32,000 bases of DNA, from the NCBI RefSeq assembly GCF_018398935.1, contig NZ_CP074694.1, positions 4,140,001 to 4,172,000 on the forward strand, read 5' to 3'. This document shows, one piece after another, positions 26,396 through 32,000 of this stretch (positions within the stretch are counted from its first letter, which is position 1; each line of letters begins with the position of its first letter). The notes under the pieces were generated by a model. That model worked only from the letters and a program-made list of their open reading frames with translations. It was not told the origin of the DNA and did no database searches. The position numbers and the translations under genes are program-made. The stretch comes from Telmatocola sphagniphila (lineage in GTDB: Bacteria > Planctomycetota > Planctomycetia > Gemmatales > Gemmataceae).

Positions 26396-28645
26396 ATGAT
26401 CACCGCAAGCCTGTCGCCCGCGCAATCGGCCCTCGAAGCCCTGCGTCTGGGGGGCAATCCGTTCCGAAATTACTTCGCTCGAAATCCGGATGATGATGTG
26501 TGCGCCCGGTATCACGTCCCAGAACTTTACTCGACCGAACGGGAAATGCTTTTCGCCGTCGTCGACCTCTATCGTCGCGATCCCAATACCCACTCCGAGA
26601 TCGTACCGATTCTGGGGAACAAAGGGGCTGGCAAGACACACTTGCTCCACTCCATCAAGCATGGTAGCGACAGCACCTGGCAGATGCTGGTGACCCCGGG
26701 CGTCTTCCAGAAGGATGCCGACTTCCTCGAATATCTCCTGTTCCAGATCATCGACACCTTACTGAGCGGGGGCGAACAGCGCGGCAAACGGCCCCTCCAA
26801 TACATCGGCGAGATGCTCACCCGACGATTGATGACGCTCGCCCTGCGGGATCTTTCACCGGAAGAGAAGCTCGATCTATTTCCGCCTCCGGGTCTGGGCC
26901 GATGGACTCGAAGGCTAGGCCTGGGCCATAGCCAGGCGCAGGAACGCTGTCAGTGGCTGATGGAGAATCTCAGCGGCACTTCCGGCAGCCGGTCTAATCT
27001 GCCGATCGACCAGGCAATTGAAGAGGCCGGGCTGACGGTCGAGCATGTCTACGAATTCCTGGGGGCCTATCTCGACCGCACCGAAGGGCATAGCACCTCC
27101 GGGCTGATGCGGCGGGCAATCTACCGCTGTGTGGTCAAGGCATTTCTGCTCAAGGATGAGTCAGAACTGGCAGAGTTTCTCACCTACGGCTTCGCCGAAC
27201 TCGATTTCGCGGTACGACCCACTCGTCAGGATCTCGTTCTGGCTCTCTTCAAAACACTCATGGAAGCCTTCCGGACCCTCAAAACGCCGGTGGTCATTGC
27301 CTTCGATCAGCTGGAAGATCTACTCCTGGCCCGACGCACCGATGACGCGCACCAGATCGCCGAGGCCTTCTTTGCGGGCATCGTGCGAATCATGCACCAG
27401 ATCGATGGGCTCTGTTTCCTGGTATTCGCCGAGCGAGGCCTGTGGAACCGCTTCGTTCCCTCACTCGACGGCTACATTCAGGATCGACTCAATAACCCGG
27501 TACACATTCCGCGCTTTGGAACCATCAAGGCGCTGCGTTTGGAAGCCCCTTCAGTCAATCTGGTGAAAAGAGTTGTGGAGGCTCGCATGAAGCCGGTACT
27601 CGCGGATCTTCCAAAAGTTGAAGGAATCCACACTCTGTTCCCGTTTACGAACGAACAGATCGAGCGGATTGCCAAGACCGAACCGACCCTACGTGATATG
27701 CTCCAGCAGTTCCGACAACTGTTCGATCACCTGGCAAATGAAGGCGAAACTTCCCGGCAGCTGGCGGCTCTTTTCGATGAAGCGCCGATCAGTGTAGTGG
27801 AAACTTCGAGCAGCTTCGAGGAAGAAAATCCGACGATCAAGTTCGAAGAAGCGGCCCGAGAATTGTCGAACCGCATCTCCGAGATGGATTCAACCATCGA
27901 AGGGGAATATGTCGTCAAATCGGTCGAAGTCGTGGAAACACCCGCAGCTGTCGAAACTCCTGTGGTTCTGAATGAGCCGGTGATGGCTCCTGTTCCGCTG
28001 ATCTCGCCGAGAACTCTTACTACTGAAATGATGGTCGAGTTGTGGGAGCAGGAACAGCGATCCGCCTTGCGAAAACTCGAACCGGAAGGTGCTCTCACTG
28101 GGGCAACCCGCGAGTTGCAGGCCGGCCTGGGAACTTTCCTGCGAATCTGCCACGAGCATGGTGTAAAATTCGGTCCCTGGCGTTTGCAGCACGTGGTGAC
28201 CGAGTATACCTTTGGCGATCACCCCACTTACGGGTGTGCGACGCTCGCGCATTGGGCCTGCAAAGATTCGCAACCCTGGCGCATCGGTATCGGCCTATTC
28301 ATGGCTCGGGCGGCAGGCAAACCGAAGGATCTGGAGATCAAACTGTCGCTGATGGAAGTCGAACCGGCTATCGTCGATCATCTGATTCTTTTGCGTCCGG
28401 AAGATGATTTGGCCATCACCGGTAAGAGTAAGACACTCTGGAATGAATCGGAGAAACGTGGTCGACATGCCCGCATGGAACCGGTGAGCGTGGATACATT
28501 CGCCATGCTCTACGCCTTCCCCCGCTGGGTCACGGCTTTGATGGAAGCACTGCCCGAAGGAAGTTCTCTGCCGAATCTAGCTGATCTGATTCAGGAATAT
28601 TGCGAAAAACTTCTGGAACAGGTCTGCATGCCCGTGCAGTCTTGA
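26396..28645 (+). CDS. Large P-loop NTPase (ORC/Cdc6- or STAND-like AAA+ features) with uncharacterised C-terminal half
   Basis: I prefer the ATG at 26396 (GGAGG 9 nt upstream) to 26387. Walker A is GNKGAGKT at 26615-26638. The Walker-B-like motif VVIAFDQLED is at 27290-27319. A sensor/lid-like stretch reads LCFLVFAERG...LFPFTNEQIERIA. An acidic low-complexity linker (…SSSFEEENPTIKFEE…VEVVETPAAVETPVV…) is followed by a roughly 200-aa C-terminal domain. Confidence 0.85.
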   Translation: MITASLSPAQSALEALRLGGNPFRNYFARNPDDDVCARYHVPELYSTEREMLFAVVDLYRRDPNTHSEIVPILGNKGAGKTHLLHSIKHGSDSTWQMLVTPGVFQKDADFLEYLLFQIIDTLLSGGEQRGKRPLQYIGEMLTRRLMTLALRDLSPEEKLDLFPPPGLGRWTRRLGLGHSQAQERCQWLMENLSGTSGSRSNLPIDQAIEEAGLTVEHVYEFLGAYLDRTEGHSTSGLMRRAIYRCVVKAFLLKDESELAEFLTYGFAELDFAVRPTRQDLVLALFKTLMEAFRTLKTPVVIAFDQLEDLLLARRTDDAHQIAEAFFAGIVRIMHQIDGLCFLVFAERGLWNRFVPSLDGYIQDRLNNPVHIPRFGTIKALRLEAPSVNLVKRVVEARMKPVLADLPKVEGIHTLFPFTNEQIERIAKTEPTLRDMLQQFRQLFDHLANEGETSRQLAALFDEAPISVVETSSSFEEENPTIKFEEAARELSNRISEMDSTIEGEYVVKSVEVVETPAAVETPVVLNEPVMAPVPLISPRTLTTEMMVELWEQEQRSALRKLEPEGALTGATRELQAGLGTFLRICHEHGVKFGPWRLQHVVTEYTFGDHPTYGCATLAHWACKDSQPWRIGIGLFMARAAGKPKDLEIKLSLMEVEPAIVDHLILLRPEDDLAITGKSKTLWNESEKRGRHARMEPVSVDTFAMLYAFPRWVTALMEALPEGSSLPNLADLIQEYCEKLLEQVCMPVQS

Positions 28646-28651
28646 TGAGCT

Positions 28652-28681
28652 ATCGGGAAGAGTGGAAAAGCTCTTCCCGAT
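28652..28681. terminator. Hairpin in the 43-nt gap between convergent genes (candidate bidirectional terminator)
   Basis: Perfect 11-bp inverted repeat: atcgggaagag (28652-28662) and ctcttcccgat (28671-28681), with an 8-nt loop. There is no clear U-tract on either side. Confidence 0.5.
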
Positions 28682-28688
28682 GAATTCG

Positions 28689-28967
28689 TCACATGCTCCA
28701 GGGATAAACTTGCTGTTTCCTATTGCAAGCCGGGCAGTAACAGACCCGGCTATTTTTATAAGCCATGTACCAGGGCGCGAGCATGGCACAGGCTATTCCG
28801 TAAAGGATGAAGCCGGCTAAGTCGGAAACGTAGAAGTGCAGCACTATCCCCAGCCCAATCAAGAATGTGCTCACTGCGAGGATGCCACCTGGGGTATCGA
28901 AGATCTCTAACGGGCCAGGATTCAACCAGTTTAACGGGAATTTGCGGCGGCATTTCGGGCAACGCAT
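28689..28967 (-). CDS. Small membrane protein with split zinc-ribbon (CxxC ... 2 TM ... CxxC)
   Basis: 92-aa protein MRCPKCRRKF...GGILAVSTFLIGLGIVLHFYV..LAGFILYGIACAMLAPWYMAY..RVCYCPACNRK. It has two hydrophobic helices flanked by CPKC and CPAC. Its own AT-rich 168-nt upstream gap contains TATAAT on the minus strand (29111-29106). Confidence 0.65.
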   Translation of the reverse strand: MRCPKCRRKFPLNWLNPGPLEIFDTPGGILAVSTFLIGLGIVLHFYVSDLAGFILYGIACAMLAPWYMAYKNSRVCYCPACNRKQQVYPWSM

Positions 28968-29135
28968 TTTTTTATTTTTCCGGGCCTAATACAAACTATG
29001 TCGGGTATTTTACTTCCTTACCCGAATCGCCATGTGTCTCTTACATCAGTTAAGATGCAAAATTTGTATTTGACCCATTTCGACCGCAAAAATCGGCAAA
29101 ATGCGATTATACTCCGGTGAATATCTGGGCAAATT

Positions 29136-30080
29136 TTATCCCAGTAGTCTTCGGCGAGTCCCATTGCTCAATTGGATCGGTTCGCTGTCGTCATACCAAT
29201 CCAGCGCCGGGGAGTTCGGAACGGACAACTCCAGATGCCGAAAACGCGGGGCAAATACTGGTTTAGTGAATTGAAGGGACTCTAGAGTCCGGCATATTCC
29301 GCCGTGTGGATCGGCGGGTATCCAGACTGCCGAAGCAATCGATAACCAATGCGAAATGGCTTCATATTCCGGCAAAAAGTGGACTTGTGTGTTCCCGGGA
29401 TTGATGGAGTTTTCAAATTGAATCAGCCGATTTTTTGCCAATCCTTCTCCAATTAAAACCAGGTGCAGGCATGGTTCCAATCGGCGAAGCACGTCGAAGG
29501 CCCACAAGAGTTGCACAAACGAATCGAAGCGATCCATCTGGCCATAGCTGACTAGGATTCGGGCATTCTCAGGAAGAGAGAGTGGCGTTAAATGACCACC
29601 CGTTACGGGTTCGCCCATCAAAACGGGAGCGTGCTCCTGGCAAGAATGCCATATTTCACCGTAGCCAGCGCCGGAAATTACGACAGCCTCGCACCCACGG
29701 AGACAGTAGCGATCCCACTGCGATATTTTTTCTCCGATAAGCGGATGGTAAGTCCAGCGTAGTTGTACTCGGCGAAATTTCCGAATTGCAATGAAAGCCC
29801 TCAAGGCACTTCGTCCCCAGACCTCAAGATGATCGAGGGATTCTGTCTTCAACCAATGGTAAAGCTCGAGCCAACCGGCCGGAGGGAGCAGGCGATTTTT
29901 ATGCGACAACGTGACCAGGGAATTATCGGGAAGCGCTTGGGCGAACGGCCCGCCACCCGCCAGAGAAAGTACGCGTGCTCTCGCCTGATTATTGTGAAGT
30001 TGCCGTGCCCGCAGCGTAACCTGTCGGGCGTGAAAGCGATACTCGAGATCCGGAATCAAAAAACCGCGCGTCATGAGCAT
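29136..30080 (-). CDS. Glycosyltransferase-like protein (GT-B / GT4-like C-terminal half, degenerate motifs)
   Basis: 314-aa ORF. ARILVSYGQMDRFDSFVQLLWAFDVLRRLEPCLHLVLIGEG resembles the GT4 C-domain start. PHGGICRTLESLQFTKPVFA aligns to the E-x7-E region but reads H-x7-E. The assignment is by eye. Confidence 0.6.
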   Translation of the reverse strand: MLMTRGFLIPDLEYRFHARQVTLRARQLHNNQARARVLSLAGGGPFAQALPDNSLVTLSHKNRLLPPAGWLELYHWLKTESLDHLEVWGRSALRAFIAIRKFRRVQLRWTYHPLIGEKISQWDRYCLRGCEAVVISGAGYGEIWHSCQEHAPVLMGEPVTGGHLTPLSLPENARILVSYGQMDRFDSFVQLLWAFDVLRRLEPCLHLVLIGEGLAKNRLIQFENSINPGNTQVHFLPEYEAISHWLSIASAVWIPADPHGGICRTLESLQFTKPVFAPRFRHLELSVPNSPALDWYDDSEPIQLSNGTRRRLLG

Positions 30081-30097
30081 CCTAGTCGGACAGGATT

Positions 30098-30634
30098 TTA
30101 GGGATCGACAACACCGCCAAGGATGCCAATGTAGGGCAGGTTCCGATATTCATCGTCGTAGTCGAGACCATAGCCCACCACGAACGCGTCGGGGATTTCG
30201 AAGCCGAAGAAATCGGGATCGAGGGGAATTTTCTGGCGACCGACTTTACGCAGCAGCACCGCCACTCGCACGGAGGCCGCGCCCAGTTTGTGCATATGAC
30301 CAACCATGTAGTGCAACGTCTGACCTGTATCGAGAATATCGTCGAGAATCAGCAGATGTTTGCCGCGCAGGTCTGGTAATAAATCGTCTTGAACTTTGAG
30401 TTGGCCGGAAGTGGTGGAGGTGCCCCGATAACTGGAGGCTTGTACCAGAGCGATTCGCAAAGGCATCTCGAGTCGACGAATGAGGTCGGCCAGAAACACC
30501 AGGCAACCGGTTAAAACACCGACGATGGTTATCGGTTGATCGCCATATACTTTGGTGATCTCGGCTGCGACTTCATCCACCCGCTTCTGAATCTCCGCCG
30601 CAGAAATCATCGTCTGAATCGGCCGATCGCGCAT
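30098..30634 (-). CDS. hpt: Hypoxanthine(-guanine) phosphoribosyltransferase
   Basis: The PRPP-binding motif is HLLILDDILDTGQTL. Other family motifs are TIVGVLTGCLVFLADL and VVGYGLDYDDEYRNLPYIGIL. I chose the ATG at 30634 (MRDRPIQTMISAAEIQKRV) over the TTG at 30661. Confidence 0.92.
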   Translation of the reverse strand: MRDRPIQTMISAAEIQKRVDEVAAEITKVYGDQPITIVGVLTGCLVFLADLIRRLEMPLRIALVQASSYRGTSTTSGQLKVQDDLLPDLRGKHLLILDDILDTGQTLHYMVGHMHKLGAASVRVAVLLRKVGRQKIPLDPDFFGFEIPDAFVVGYGLDYDDEYRNLPYIGILGGVVDP

Positions 30635-30713
30635 CGATTGCCATCCTCTCCCGGAAATCAATTTTAGCTATTGTATTTCCGGATCGGAGACAACGCAGAA
30701 CTGTATCCCGGAA

Positions 30714-31223
30714 TTAGGCTCGAACGCTCAAGGCGTGCATCAGATGGCTCGTGAGAGTGGGAAGATCGCCATTTTCGCGAGCCGATATCAGATTGTCGTC
30801 GACCACAACCGGTTCGTCCCGGTAGATGCCGCCGGCACTACGGATATCGTCTCGAATACCGGCGGCACAGGTCAAAGTTTTCCCATCGAGAGCACCGGCG
30901 GAAATCAGCAATTGCGCCCCATGGCCGCAGATGCAAACCAGGCGATCTTCCTGAATGAAGGTGCGAGCGATGTCGACGGCCTCCTCACGCAGGCGCAGGC
31001 GTTCGGGAGAGTGGCCGCCAGGAATGTAGAGCAACTGATATTCAGAGGGATTGATCTCGTGGATCGGCATATCCGGCTCGATGACATAGCCATGCAAGCC
31101 GGTGAGTTTGTGAGTCGTGGCCGCAGCCAGGGTTACCTGGGTGCGTTCTTCCCGCAACCGGTAAAGAATGTGGAAAACTTGCAAATCTTCAAAACCGTCC
31201 GACAGAAGAAATACGGCTTTCAT
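30714..31223 (-). CDS. DJ-1/PfpI family protein (atypical nucleophile elbow)
   Basis: 169-aa ORF. It aligns without gaps to the YhbO/PfpI layout (FEDLQ..., LLYIPGGHSPE, QLLISAG, DDNLISAR). The elbow reads ICGHGA instead of AICHGP. Confidence 0.88.
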   Translation of the reverse strand: MKAVFLLSDGFEDLQVFHILYRLREERTQVTLAAATTHKLTGLHGYVIEPDMPIHEINPSEYQLLYIPGGHSPERLRLREEAVDIARTFIQEDRLVCICGHGAQLLISAGALDGKTLTCAAGIRDDIRSAGGIYRDEPVVVDDNLISARENGDLPTLTSHLMHALSVRA

Positions 31224-31347
31224 GCAGGAGCCCTTAAAACAAGAATGCGAGATGGCGGCCTATAGCTCATTCTATCCCACTTGTCACGCCCAAGTGGGGA
31301 CAACCTGGGTGGTCATTTTTTCAGACTCGTACAAGCGTTCAAGGCAA

Positions 31348-32000
31348 CTACTTTGCGGCCGCCTGCTCCACGGCTCGCATCACTCGCAAAAGATTACTGC
31401 CCAACACCTTAAGGATTTCCTCCTTCTTATAGCCGCGGTTCAGCAGTTCCTGAGTGATCTTCGGATAAGTTGACACATCCTCCAATTGGGTCGGCACAGC
31501 ACTGATGCCATCGAAATCGGAACCCAATCCCACGTGATCGATCCCGGCGACTTTGATGATGTGCTCGATGTGATCCACCACGTCGTGGATGCTGCAGGGA
31601 GGGGTTTTCATCGCTTTCACGTGCTCTTTCCAGGCTCGCTCCAGTTCTTTCTCATCCTTGATTTTTTCTTTCATTTCCCGGTATTCCTCAAACATTCGCT
31701 GGCTCAATCGAGCCCCTTCCGGGGAAACAAATCCCGGGAAGAAATTGACCATCACCACACCGTTGTTTTTCTTGACCTCTTTCAGAACATCATCTGGAAC
31801 ATTACGGGGATGATCGGCGATTGCCCGAGCGGACGAATGAGAAAAGATGACGGGAACTTTGGTGATTCGCAGCACATGCCGCATGGTATCGGGCGAGACG
31901 TGGGAGAGATCGACCATCATACCTAGTCGATTCATCTCGTGAACGATCTCTTCACCAAAAGGTGAAAGGCCATTGTTTTTCGGCTTATCCGTGGCCGAGT
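31348..32000 (-). CDS. Membrane dipeptidase (peptidase family M19); 5' end beyond window
   Basis: The listed ORF begins at an internal Met (31935). The reading frame stays open to the window edge (...GLSPFGEEIVHEMNRLGMMVDLSHVS...). FSHSSARA and GLGSDFDG are M19 signatures. Confidence 0.9.
   Translation of the reverse strand, partial: SATDKPKNNGLSPFGEEIVHEMNRLGMMVDLSHVSPDTMRHVLRITKVPVIFSHSSARAIADHPRNVPDDVLKEVKKNNGVVMVNFFPGFVSPEGARLSQRMFEEYREMKEKIKDEKELERAWKEHVKAMKTPPCSIHDVVDHIEHIIKVAGIDHVGLGSDFDGISAVPTQLEDVSTYPKITQELLNRGYKKEEILKVLGSNLLRVMRAVEQAAAK

Noticed and set aside
28090-28400. Possible PD-(D/E)xK nuclease motif in the NTPase C-terminal domain (CKDSQPWRIGIGLF...KDLEIKLSL, and VDHLILLRPEDD).
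   Set aside because: The D...ExK spacing and strand context are not canonical, and the order of the candidate elements is ambiguous. The motif is too degenerate to call by eye. It needs structure prediction, so it is not claimed as a feature.

Overview
This 32-kb window is a gene-dense chromosomal segment with about 26 protein-coding genes. I saw no rRNA, tRNA, CRISPR array, transposase or integrase. The gene content points to Planctomycetota: a DUF1559 protein with a prepilin-type N-terminus and its usual lipoprotein partner, DUF3500, an ECF sigma factor with a giant anti-sigma factor, a Tat-signal lactonase, and a BNR/sortilin-like giant protein. This taxonomic call is inferred from family knowledge, not from a search. 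Most genes look like envelope, secreted or housekeeping functions (esterase, acyltransferase-3, MFS, ABC-2 permease, hpt, DJ-1/PfpI, M19 dipeptidase). The best candidate for an undescribed system is a two-gene cassette at about 25.6-28.7 kb, bounded by hairpins. It encodes a 236-aa helical protein, possibly with winged-helix ends, followed by a roughly 750-aa P-loop NTPase. The NTPase has Walker A and Walker B motifs about 220 aa apart, an ORC/Cdc6-like lid signature, and an unassignable C-terminal half. Other observations worth a second look:
- Several secreted or envelope proteins are built from internal tandem duplications: the anti-sigma DUF4349 module (4 copies), a 4-repeat secreted protein, and the SPFH N-terminus (3 copies).
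- Three enzyme-fold proteins have altered catalytic motifs when aligned by eye: an alpha/beta-hydrolase with Ser->Glu, a DJ-1/PfpI protein with its nucleophile Cys shifted by one residue, and a GT4-like protein with H-x7-E instead of E-x7-E.
- Two real genes were missed or masked by the ORF track: a partial lipoprotein at 1-420 and a 61-aa DUF6496-like gene.
All family assignments come from motif recognition by eye. No database search was run.
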